A stretch of 64,000 bases of DNA from an uncultured cyanobacterium (GCA_963793265.1 CAWBZI010000003.1:32001-96000), one strand, 5' to 3'; shown: positions 1 to 8,495, counted from the stretch's first letter. Notes: generated by a model from the sequence alone, not told the origin. A program made the numbers and translations.

Positions 1-981
1 GCGTTCGGCACCGGGGATGGAGTCGCCAATAAGTTCGCTCAGGTCGCGCTGGCGGGCGACGAAGCTGACGATGGGGATGGGGCGATCGGCGAGCTGGGCT
101 TCGACGAGTTTGGAGAGTTTTTGGCCTTCTTGGTGAATGAATTTGAGGTCGGTGGCGCGGCTAGCGAGCCAGAGGATGAGTTCGTCGAGAAAGAGGATGA
201 GGGCATCGTAGCCGAGGGCTTTGGCGTGTTTGCTGATGACGCTAAGGCCCTGATCGAGCGAGATGAAGGCTTCGCCTTTGCTGCCGGTTTGGATGTCGTA
301 GGAGTTGAAGAACTGCTTGATTAGGTCGTTGATGAGTTTGGATCGTTCTTCTTCGCCGGGGGCGGCGGTGAGGGCGGCTTGGAAGCGATCGCTGTCCCAG
401 CTTTTGGAGAGTTTGCCCCACCCGCTGCTGGTGCTGGTAGCTTCGCTGAGCTTGCTAAAGAATGCGTCGTCGCCCATGGTGGCACGTAGAGACTGGGCGT
501 CGTTAAAAAGACCTTCGGCGAGGTATACGCCAGGGATGGGGGCGGTGGGATGGTTGCGGCGCACGAAGTCTACGTAGCCGCCGAGGATGCCGGATTCCAT
601 GTTGGTTGCGCCGATCATGTGGTAGGGCACGAGGAGGAATTTTTTGCCGGTGATCCAGTCGTTGTGTTTGGTGATAACGGGGGCGAGTTCGGTGATGCCT
701 TTGGCTTCGGGAATGCCTTGGAGGATGAGGTTGAGTACGGCCATGAAGTGGCTTTTGCCGCTGCCGAAGCTGCCGTGTAGGTAGCTGGCTTTGCTGCTGT
801 TGCTGCTGAGGGCGCTGCTGATGAAGGTGAGGGCGTTGTCGAAGCAGTCTTTGAGTTCGGGGGTGACTACGTAGTCGCGCAGGGTGCTTTCGGGGCGGGT
901 GACGCCCTCGGTGAGTTTGAGTACGAAGTCGCCTTTTTGGACGCGCTCGGGAATGTGAATAAGGTCTTTAATAAGTGTCAT
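1..981 (-). CDS. pglY: BREX-2/Pgl system ATPase PglY (BrxC family), 5' part; runs off the window start
   Basis: Not in the ORF track. Manual translation from ATG 981: MTLIKDLIHIPERVQKGDFVLKLTEGV...KASYLHGSFGSGKSHFMAVL (Walker A)...LLVPYHMIGA...DALILFLDELILWLAS (Walker B)...SFVARQRDLSELIG. These motifs are characteristic of PglY. Confidence 0.85.
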   Translation of the reverse strand, partial: MTLIKDLIHIPERVQKGDFVLKLTEGVTRPESTLRDYVVTPELKDCFDNALTFISSALSSNSSKASYLHGSFGSGKSHFMAVLNLILQGIPEAKGITELAPVITKHNDWITGKKFLLVPYHMIGATNMESGILGGYVDFVRRNHPTAPIPGVYLAEGLFNDAQSLRATMGDDAFFSKLSEATSTSSGWGKLSKSWDSDRFQAALTAAPGEEERSKLINDLIKQFFNSYDIQTGSKGEAFISLDQGLSVISKHAKALGYDALILFLDELILWLASRATDLKFIHQEGQKLSKLVEAQLADRPIPIVSFVARQRDLSELIGDSIPGAER

Positions 982-1061
982 GAGAATAGCGGCTTGGGTT
1001 TAGGAATTTGACGGTTTAGCGATTGTGATATAGCAAGCAGCGAATTGCATTCGTCGTTTGC

Positions 1062-1126
1062 TAGTCGCTTAGCCTTTTGTGACTCAAGGGTCTTAGCCGC
1101 ACGCTATGCCGTAAGCTAAGCGACTA
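1062..1126. repeat. 12-bp perfect inverted repeat upstream of pglY
   Basis: TAGTCGCTTAGC (1062-1073) and GCTAAGCGACTA (1115-1126), 41-nt spacer. Confidence 0.8.
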
Positions 1127-1152
1127 AAGCTATAGTTCAGCGATGGATAGTG

Positions 1153-1472
1153 TTAGTCATCTGCCGCAATTATTGTTGCGATAGATAGCGTTGTTTTAAT
1201 GAGGGTTTGGCTGGAAGCCGTGCCTAGCTTTCGGATAAACCGTTTGAGATCAACACTTCGCATCTGTAGTGTATCGATAGCGGAAAGCTTTCTTAAGCCG
1301 TTGCTGGCGTCAGGTTTAATTTTTATGTGCCAGGCGTTTCGACTGAAGCTGGGTTTCCAATCGGTGATAGGGACGATGAGTTTGACAGGTAAGCGCCCCA
1401 TCTTATTAGCGCTAATGACAACGACGGGACGTGTTTTTTGAATCTCTGAGCCAATGGTTGGATCGAGGTCAA
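1153..1472 (-). pseudogene. PemK/MazF-family endoribonuclease toxin, native N-terminus lost
   Basis: DLDPTIGSEIQKTRPVVVIS...LIVPIT...NGLRKLSAIDTLQMRSVDLKRFIRKLG matches MazF/PemK. The usual RGEIW-type start is replaced by antisense RT sequence (ORF stays open to GTG 1569). No antitoxin present. Confidence 0.8.
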
Positions 1473-3113
1473 AATCGTTCTCCTTTGAGAGATGTCTATC
1501 GACAACTGTATAAAAAGCTTTCTCCGAAAGATATTTCGAAAGATCGGTACGAGCGCTATCGTTGGACACCCGTTCGACGAATACACATTCCTAAGAAAAA
1601 CGGTAAAACCAGACCGTTGGGCATTCCGAGCTGGTCAGACAAACTGCTCCAGGACGTGATTCGCTCTCTTCTAGAGGCTTATTACGAACCGCAGTTTTCT
1701 AGACATTCACATGGTTTCAGACCAGGACGCGGCTGTCACACGGCCTTAGTGGAAATTAAGAAGGTGTGGCACGGAACCAAGTGGTTCATCGAAGGCGATA
1801 TCCGAGGCTGTTTCGACAGCATTGATCAGGAGATTCTGCTGTCAATCCTGAAAGAAGATATCCACGATAACCGCTTCCTCCGTCTGATGAAGAACCTGTT
1901 GCGGGCAGGATACATGGAAAATTGGCGGCGCACACCGACCTTGAGCGGGACACCGCAAGGGTCAATTCTGAGTCCAATTTTATCCAACCTGTATCTCAAT
2001 CGGTTCGATGCATTTGTCGAACAGACCTTGATTCCAGACTACACAAAGGGCAAGAAGCGGGCGCATAATCCGTACTACAACCGCCTATCGAATAGAGCCT
2101 ACTATTTGAGACGGCAGGGTCAACCAGACGCGGCAAAAGTGTTGGAGAAGCTTCGCCGAAGTGTACCAGCCAATGACCCGCATGACCCGGCCTATCGGCG
2201 GTTGCACTACGTGCGATATGCGGACGATTTCTTGCTAGGCTTTGCAGGGCCAAATCAGGAAGCAGAGGACATCAAAACAAAAATCAGACAGTTCTTGCGC
2301 GATAGTCTCAAACTAGAGCTATCTGAAGAGAAGACTTTGATTACTCATGCAACCACCCAAAAGGCTCGATTTCTGGGCTACGACATTGCTGTGACTCAAT
2401 GTGATTCCAAAATCACGACGAACAGACGGTCTGTGAATGGCGGGATTGCTCTGCGAGTACCTGCTGCCTTCATTAATGACCGATGCCGTCGCTACATGAA
2501 GAAGGGCAAGCCTATTCACCGAAAGGAGCGAACTCACGAGACGGACTACAGCATCATCTGTCAGTACCAATCGGAGTACAGAGGTTACGTCCAGTACTAC
2601 CAGCTAGCGGACAACATCGCTTGGCTTTCTAAGCTGCACTGGGCAATGCGGTTGTCTCTACTCAAGACGTTGGCGCACAAGTACAAACTGAGTGTGGCCA
2701 AAGTACGCCGCCGATATGCGGCTACGGTAGAGACACCTAAAGGCCCCAGGAAGTGCTTAGAAGTTCAAGTGCCGCGAGCTGGGAAGAACCCTCTGGTTGC
2801 TCGCTTCGGGGGCATTCCATTGTGTGTCAACCGGGAGGCGATTATTCAAGACCGAGTACTCACTAAGCCATCAATGGGGCGGACTGAGCTAATTCAACGA
2901 CTGTTAGCAGACGCCTGTGAAGCTTGTGGCTCAACACTCAATGTTGAGGTACATCACATTCGGAAGTTGGCAGACTTGAACCAACCAGGGCGCAACCCTA
3001 AACCGGGATGGGCGAAACTCATGGCGGCGCGGCAAAGAAAGACATTAGTCCTCTGCCGTCAATGTCATCGGAATCTCCATGCTGGCAGGCCATTGAAGGC
3101 AAAGGCGGGATGA
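1431..3113 (+). CDS. Group II intron reverse transcriptase/maturase with C-terminal HNH-type endonuclease; N-terminus damaged
   Basis: RRIHIPKKNGKTRPLGIP, SHGFRPGRGCHTA, WFIEGDIRGCFD, GTPQGSILSP, YVRYADDF, FLGY, X domain, CEACG..EVHHIRKL..RKTLVLCRQCH; LtrA-like. Confidence 0.92.
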   Translation: MFFESLSQWLDRGQNRSPLRDVYRQLYKKLSPKDISKDRYERYRWTPVRRIHIPKKNGKTRPLGIPSWSDKLLQDVIRSLLEAYYEPQFSRHSHGFRPGRGCHTALVEIKKVWHGTKWFIEGDIRGCFDSIDQEILLSILKEDIHDNRFLRLMKNLLRAGYMENWRRTPTLSGTPQGSILSPILSNLYLNRFDAFVEQTLIPDYTKGKKRAHNPYYNRLSNRAYYLRRQGQPDAAKVLEKLRRSVPANDPHDPAYRRLHYVRYADDFLLGFAGPNQEAEDIKTKIRQFLRDSLKLELSEEKTLITHATTQKARFLGYDIAVTQCDSKITTNRRSVNGGIALRVPAAFINDRCRRYMKKGKPIHRKERTHETDYSIICQYQSEYRGYVQYYQLADNIAWLSKLHWAMRLSLLKTLAHKYKLSVAKVRRRYAATVETPKGPRKCLEVQVPRAGKNPLVARFGGIPLCVNREAIIQDRVLTKPSMGRTELIQRLLADACEACGSTLNVEVHHIRKLADLNQPGRNPKPGWAKLMAARQRKTLVLCRQCHRNLHAGRPLKAKAG

Positions 3114-3217
3114 GTGACTGGAGAGCTGTGATGCGGTGAAAGCCGCACGTCCGGTTCGGAGGGGGGACGATGGAAAAGGAGCTATCACCTAGCCACCTCG
3201 TCAGCGTCCTACCCTAC
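1461..3217 (+). mobile_element. Group II intron (ML-like/IIA), 5'-truncated: IEP ORF plus domains V-VI
   Basis: RT/maturase ORF followed by domain V (GAGCTGTGATGCGGTGAAAGCCGCACGTCCGGTTC, 3123-3157) and domain VI ending ...CGTCCTACCCTAC at 3217. No room for DI-DIII upstream, where mazF sequence lies instead. Confidence 0.9.
3123..3217 (+). ncRNA. Group II intron domains V and VI
   Basis: AGC catalytic triad, GAAA-containing loop, CG bulge, GGTTCGGAGGGG; DVI stem GGACG...CGTCCTACC with bulged A; terminal AC. Confidence 0.9.
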
Positions 3218-3688
3218 TTTTTAGAACTAGGAGAACGAAATAGCTTTACGGAGATAGAGTTAGAATCGGCTCTGATTGAACAATTGCAGGCATTTTTACT
3301 GGAGCTAGGCAAAGGATTTTCGTTTGTTGCCAGGCAGCGGCGGATTACGCTGGATGGAGAATTCTTTTATGTCGATTTGGTGTTTTACAACTATTTGTTG
3401 AAGTGTTTTGTACTGATTGATTTGAAGCTAGGCAAGCTGACGCATCAGGATATTGGTCAGATGGATACCTATGTTCGACTATACGAAGATCAATTCCGGC
3501 GAGAAGATGATAATCCGACTATCGGGCTAGTGTTGTGTTCAGAAAAGAATGAGGCAGTTGCAAAATACTCTGTTCTCTCTGATGGCAAACAGATTTTTGC
3601 ATCAAAATACCGCTTTGTGCTACCGACCGAAGAAGAATTAGCACAAAGCTTAATGGCTATAGAAGCAGAGATTGAAGACTTAGCTTGA
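3218..3688 (+). pseudogene. YhcG/DUF1016 PD-(D/E)XK nuclease, C-terminal domain (3' exon of the intron-interrupted gene)
   Basis: FLEL...ELESALIEQLQAFLLELGKGFSFVARQRRI...VDLVFYNYLLKCFVLIDLKLGKLTHQDIGQM..Y...DNPTIGLVLC begins exactly after the intron end. 5' exon absent. Confidence 0.85.
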
Positions 3689-3699
3689 CACCAACATAA

Positions 3700-4464
3700 T
3701 TAGCTAAAGTCATCCGGCTCTGAAGACACCGCTACTCTGTTCCACTCAATGCGCGGCAAATTTTCAGAGGCCGATGAGAGCGCTTCTTCCCAATAGCGCC
3801 GCATTTTTTCTAAAAACGGATCGCCCTCGTGAAGCTGAACGCGATCGCGCACCTCCAAAGCATCTGTCTCATACAGCACCATATCAATCGGCGGGCCTAC
3901 CGACAGATTTGAGCGCATCGTCGAATCCAACGACAGCAGTGCCGTTTTTGCCGCCCGATCCAGCGGCGTCTCATAGTCCAGCGTTCTATCTAAAATCGGC
4001 TTACCATACTTCGTCTCCCCAATCTGCAAAAACGGCGTTTCCGGCGTCGCCGCAATAAAATTGCCCTGGCTATACACCAAATACACCACAGGCGATTCGC
4101 CCGCAATCTGCCCGCCGACAATAAACGTACTCTGGTAGTCAATGCCGTCTTTCTCTAGCCAGGGCCGCTCTTTGTCCTGAATTTGGCGCATCGTTTCCCC
4201 CAAGTAGCTCGCGACTTCGTGCATAGAAGGCAGCGTGTGCAGATTGACCTCGGCCTCAGTTTTGAGGTGCTGCTCTAGGGTATGGATGACAGATTGGGAG
4301 GTGGATAGGCTGCCAGCGGTACAGAGGATGATGACGCGATCGCCCGGCACCGAAAAGTCAAACAGCTTTTGATAAGAAGAGATATAGTCTACCCCCGCAT
4401 TCGTGCGTGAGTCAGCCGCAAACACCAGCCCTTTCTCCACTGAAATTCCAAGGCAATAAGTCAT
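3700..4464 (-). CDS. Anbu / proteasome-type Ntn protease
   Basis: M-TYCLG...GLVFAADSRTNAGVD, FLQIGETKYGKPILDR, DSTMRSNLSVGPPID; N-terminal Thr nucleophile. Confidence 0.9.
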   Translation of the reverse strand: MTYCLGISVEKGLVFAADSRTNAGVDYISSYQKLFDFSVPGDRVIILCTAGSLSTSQSVIHTLEQHLKTEAEVNLHTLPSMHEVASYLGETMRQIQDKERPWLEKDGIDYQSTFIVGGQIAGESPVVYLVYSQGNFIAATPETPFLQIGETKYGKPILDRTLDYETPLDRAAKTALLSLDSTMRSNLSVGPPIDMVLYETDALEVRDRVQLHEGDPFLEKMRRYWEEALSSASENLPRIEWNRVAVSSEPDDFS

Positions 4465-4556
4465 TTGTTAAGGGTCTATGCTGAAAAGTATACTGAGCCT
4501 AGCAAAGCAGTGGATCTTTCGCGCGATTCATAAGGCATACGTTGGAGCAAGTACCG

Positions 4557-5174
4557 ATGGCTAGCGGCTACACATACAATCTAAATTCTGGGCAGCTACT
4601 AACTCTGGTCAATCAGGGCGAGCAAACCACTGTGATGATCAGTAGCGGTGCAGGCACTCAGCAGCAGCAAAGCAGCAATGGGTTTGCGACGGGTTCGTGG
4701 GTCGGTGAGCCTCGCCTGTATAAAGTTGGCGCTGGCCTTTTTATTACCCTATCTACCCCGCTTCAGACCTACTACATTCAGTATCAGCAAGGGCAGGTGC
4801 AGGTTTCGACGGAGGTTTCGACGGAGGTGATGGATGAGGTGGCGCGATCGCAACCCATCCCCATGCAGCCGATGGCCAAACTCCCCGACGCCCCCACGCT
4901 AATCATGCCACCGATGCAGCCGATGGCAGGAATGAACCCAATACCCAAAATGCCCGACATGCAAATGAACAACCCCATGAGCATGACCATGGGCAACATG
5001 TCGATGAGCATGGCCGACGCCACTGCCAAAGCTACGAGCAAAACCACTACCGACACCACCCATCAGCCCGCCTCAGAAGCATCTCAATCAAATAAAAAGT
5101 TCTGCACCCAATGCGGCTCACCCATCGCCCCCACCGATAAATTCTGCGGCCAATGCGGCACAGCTCTCACCTAA
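4557..5174 (+). CDS. Zinc-ribbon domain protein with Met/Pro-rich linker
   Basis: C-terminal KFCTQCG...DKFCGQCG; PMQPM/MSMTMGNMSMSM linker. Confidence 0.75.
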   Translation: MASGYTYNLNSGQLLTLVNQGEQTTVMISSGAGTQQQQSSNGFATGSWVGEPRLYKVGAGLFITLSTPLQTYYIQYQQGQVQVSTEVSTEVMDEVARSQPIPMQPMAKLPDAPTLIMPPMQPMAGMNPIPKMPDMQMNNPMSMTMGNMSMSMADATAKATSKTTTDTTHQPASEASQSNKKFCTQCGSPIAPTDKFCGQCGTALT

Positions 5175-5207
5175 ATTCTCTCCCAACTAATTCTCTCTTC
5201 TTCCCCC

Positions 5208-5939
5208 ATGACAAACCTTAGCGTCAACCTCAACAAAGTTGCCCTCCTCCGCAACGCCCGCCCGCTCACCATTCCCAGCGTCGTCAAAATGGGAGAACTC
5301 AGCATCAAAGCCGGAGCCCACGGCCTCACCGTCCACCCCCGCCCCGACGAGCGCCACATCCGCCGCACCGACGTATACGACCTCGCCACCCTTCTCAAAA
5401 ACCACCCCACCATCGAATACAACATCGAAGGCAATCCCTTAGAGTCTCCTTTTATGGACATTATCCGCGAAGTGCGCCCTGACCAGTGCACCCTCGTCCC
5501 TGACAATCCTACTCAAAACACATCTGACCACGGCTGGAATGTTGCCAAGGACGCCGATAAGCTTAAGCCGATTGTTGATGAACTAAAAGAGATCGGCTGT
5601 CGCGTTAGTTTGTTTATCGATCCAGACATAGAACAAATTAAGCTTGTTCCTCAGCTAGGATGCGAGAGAATTGAGCTGTATACTGAGCCCTACGCCACGG
5701 CCTATCGTGAGGGTGAAGGCGATGAGAGTTTTGAGCTATACAAACAAGCCGCAGAGTGTGCGCAGTCGCTAGGCATTGGTGTAAACGGCGGTCATGACCT
5801 GAACTTAGAGAATCTGCCCAAGTTTCGAGAGATTCCAAACCTGTTAGAGGTTTCTATCGGTCATGCCCTCACCGCAGACGCTTTGGAAATGGGATACGAA
5901 AACGCGGTAAAGGCATATCTGAAGGCGCTAGAGGCATAA
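5208..5939 (+). CDS. pdxJ: Pyridoxine 5'-phosphate synthase
   Basis: LSVNLNKVALLRNAR, TVHPRPDERHIR, RIELYT, GHDLNLENL, EVSIGHAL. Confidence 0.97.
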   Translation: MTNLSVNLNKVALLRNARPLTIPSVVKMGELSIKAGAHGLTVHPRPDERHIRRTDVYDLATLLKNHPTIEYNIEGNPLESPFMDIIREVRPDQCTLVPDNPTQNTSDHGWNVAKDADKLKPIVDELKEIGCRVSLFIDPDIEQIKLVPQLGCERIELYTEPYATAYREGEGDESFELYKQAAECAQSLGIGVNGGHDLNLENLPKFREIPNLLEVSIGHALTADALEMGYENAVKAYLKALEA

Positions 5940-6325
5940 TGGGCATTCAACGTCACTTCACGAACACGCCTTGGGAAGCCAGAGTCGGCTACTGCCGTGC
6001 CCTCCGCGCTGGTAACATCATTTACCTTTCTGGCACCGCTCCGGTTGACGATGACGGCAACACATTCGCGCCTGGTGATGCCTACGCCCAAGCGCGTCGC
6101 TGTTTTGAAATTATTCAACAGACGCTCGCTGATATGGAAACTGGTAGCTATAGCGTAGTACGCACTCGCATGTATGTGACTGATATCAGTCAGTGGGAAG
6201 CTTTCGGCAAGGCGCATCAGGAATGCTTCGGTGAGCATCCACCCGTCACAGCGATGGTAGAAGTTAAAGCTTTGATCAATGCAGATATGTTGATTGAGGT
6301 AGAAGCTGAAGCCTATGTGTTTTAA
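5939..6325 (+). CDS. RidA/YjgF family protein
   Basis: WEARVGYCRA, LSGT, VVRTRMYVTDI, LIEVEAEA. Confidence 0.9.
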   Translation: MGIQRHFTNTPWEARVGYCRALRAGNIIYLSGTAPVDDDGNTFAPGDAYAQARRCFEIIQQTLADMETGSYSVVRTRMYVTDISQWEAFGKAHQECFGEHPPVTAMVEVKALINADMLIEVEAEAYVF

Positions 6326-6395
6326 TCCGCTTCCGTTCGGAGTGCGATCGCCCTTCGCAACAAAGGACTAAATCGCTCATCTCTCAAGTGCGCCT

Positions 6396-7475
6396 TTAAA
6401 TCAATGCTTTAATCGCGCTGACCATTCGCACATTCTGTTCTGGGGTGCCCACTGTAATTCGCAACTTGTCATCTAGCCCCGGCTGATCGAAATAGCGAAT
6501 CATAATTTGTTTTTCTTTAAGTCCTTTGTATAGAATCTCAGCGTTAGTCGGCGGCTTTGTTAAGAGGAAATTAGCGTGCGATCGCCAAACACAAAAGCCC
6601 ATAGTCCGTAAATCTGTTGCAAGCTGCTCACGCGCCGAGATTATCTTTTGTGCGGTAGAGTCTTTGTATGCCCGATCTAAAATCGCGACTTCACCTAGCC
6701 GTAGCGCCAAAGCATCCACGTTGTAGCTATCTTTAATCTTAAGCAAACCCGATAGCAAACCCGGCTGCGCGCAGCCAAACCCCAATCGCAAACCCGCCAG
6801 TCCATAGCCCTTAGAGAGCGTTCGCAACACAATCACATTCTCGAATTCTCTAACCAGTTCAAGCGATCGCTTATCGGCATCCTTTCCCACAAAATCGACA
6901 TAAGCCTCGTCTACGACCAGCACACCTGATAGACCACTTGCGAGCGATCGCAAATCTTCCATCGCCACCACATGCCCCGTCGGACTATTCGGCGTTGCCA
7001 CAAACGTCACCGCCGCCTGAGCTGCAAGCAATCCTTCTACCGGCAACTGCCACTCATTCTCTACTTTCTCATACGGCACTTCTATCACTTCCGCCGGTTG
7101 AATCGCCGCTAACGTCCGATACAACACATAGGTTGGCATTGGATACGCCAATACTCTCTCTTTCCCGACCGCGCAAGCTCGCACCAGCAGCGTCAGCAAA
7201 TCATCACTGCCATTGCCCGCAATCACCCAGTCAGCCGGGATATCGAATGTCTGTGCGACAACCCGGCAAAAGTCAGTGGCTAGCGGATCGGGATACCGGC
7301 GTAGCAGCTCGCCGTTAAAGTCAGCCATCACGGCTAAAACGTTTGGCGATGGCGGATACGGATTTTCATTAGAGTTCAGCTTCAGTACGCCTGAGTTTAA
7401 AGCAGGCCATTCGCCCGGCTGGTAGCCCTGCATATTGTTGATAGAAGAACGAAACCAGGCTTTGGAAGTTGTCAT
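6396..7475 (-). CDS. hisC: Histidinol-phosphate aminotransferase
   Basis: KLNSNENPYPPSP, GNGSDD, PNSPTG, VVDEAYVDF, RTLSKGYGLAGLRLG. Confidence 0.95.
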   Translation of the reverse strand: MTTSKAWFRSSINNMQGYQPGEWPALNSGVLKLNSNENPYPPSPNVLAVMADFNGELLRRYPDPLATDFCRVVAQTFDIPADWVIAGNGSDDLLTLLVRACAVGKERVLAYPMPTYVLYRTLAAIQPAEVIEVPYEKVENEWQLPVEGLLAAQAAVTFVATPNSPTGHVVAMEDLRSLASGLSGVLVVDEAYVDFVGKDADKRSLELVREFENVIVLRTLSKGYGLAGLRLGFGCAQPGLLSGLLKIKDSYNVDALALRLGEVAILDRAYKDSTAQKIISAREQLATDLRTMGFCVWRSHANFLLTKPPTNAEILYKGLKEKQIMIRYFDQPGLDDKLRITVGTPEQNVRMVSAIKALI

Positions 7476-7511
7476 TACGCAGTGCTTGCAAAGAGCTTCT
7501 AAAGAGGACTT

Positions 7512-8495
7512 CTAAAGAATACGCTTAAGCAAGAGGTACAGGAAAAAGAAAGCGCCTATCCAAACCGTAGCAGGCATCCAAGACTCTTGTTTACGAGCGT
7601 CAGCTTGCGCTTTGAGTCCTATCTTCTGCGTACTCCAAGGGCCGGTATTAGGCAGCTCTTTCATTTTGGCCTCGGCAGCAGCAAACTGTTTTTGCAATAT
7701 CAAATTCTCAGCCTCTTGCACTAATCGCTCAAAGCGCTGTTCAGCGGCATCGGCCTGTAGCAAAATCTCGGTTTGCTTAAGCGTCCAAAAGGGATGCTGG
7801 CGCATAGCTTGAGCCGCTTTGGTTGCGATCGCTAGCTCATACTGCTCCAGCGCTAACTGTGCCCGCTGATACTGACGCTGGTTGTATAACCAATCCTGCT
7901 GCCAGCCATTCATCAAGTCCTGGCTAGATTGGCGCAATGGACTATTTTCAGGCACTGCCTCTACAATTCGTAGCGCTTCTGAAATTTCACCGTTTTCCGA
8001 ATAGTAGTGGTTTCGAGCCACCTCGATAATATTCTGCGACCAATCTCGAATATTCTGTTGAGCCTCAGCTTGTAATGGGCCACCTTGAATTTGACTGGCT
8101 TGAGTGATCGCCTCTCGAAACCGCCCTTGAGCGGCCAACTTTTCGGCATTCACTAGCCATCCTGCTGCCACAGGTGCATAGCATAGGTTATTCAAATGCT
8201 GCACTCGCACATACAGACTATACGAAACCGGCACCTCAGCAAGCACCCGAATGCAGGCCAAATGCCGACCATCAGCCGCTAGCTTTTCGGCGCGGTTGAG
8301 CTTCTGCCAATGCATTTGTTCTAGCTGCTGCTGCTGCTGTTGCTGAAATAGATTAGTACTCTCTTGCCCAGAGGTGTAGGCAGTGTAGGCAGAAAAAATC
8401 AATATCACGATAAATAGAATCGTGAGTGCAAACGACAATATATAAACCCAGGGAGTAGGCGCTTTTTTGCCTGGGCCTGACTGATTAAGAACCAT
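7512..8495 (-). CDS. Membrane-anchored helical-repeat (TPR-like) hypothetical protein
   Basis: N- and C-terminal hydrophobic helices flanking repeats of the AI..A..IP..SPL..A..W type. Confidence 0.65.
   Translation of the reverse strand: MVLNQSGPGKKAPTPWVYILSFALTILFIVILIFSAYTAYTSGQESTNLFQQQQQQQLEQMHWQKLNRAEKLAADGRHLACIRVLAEVPVSYSLYVRVQHLNNLCYAPVAAGWLVNAEKLAAQGRFREAITQASQIQGGPLQAEAQQNIRDWSQNIIEVARNHYYSENGEISEALRIVEAVPENSPLRQSSQDLMNGWQQDWLYNQRQYQRAQLALEQYELAIATKAAQAMRQHPFWTLKQTEILLQADAAEQRFERLVQEAENLILQKQFAAAEAKMKELPNTGPWSTQKIGLKAQADARKQESWMPATVWIGAFFFLYLLLKRIL

Noticed and set aside
121..780. Three short plus-strand ORFs in the track
   Set aside because: Antisense shadows of the minus-strand pglY frame
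1040..1160. Integron attC site after the mazF stop (GACTAAC)
   Set aside because: No complementary GTTRRRY R' box found and no integrase in view
1431..3113. Retron, DGR, CRISPR-RT or Abi-type defence RT
   Set aside because: Maturase X and HNH domains, YADD and downstream DV/DVI identify a group II intron IEP; no msr/msd, TR/VR pair or cas1 seen
5208..5450. Strongly C-rich tracts, with mirror G-rich tracts such as 39490-39800 and 1-980
   Set aside because: Explained by C-ending codon preference on the coding strand of ordinary genes
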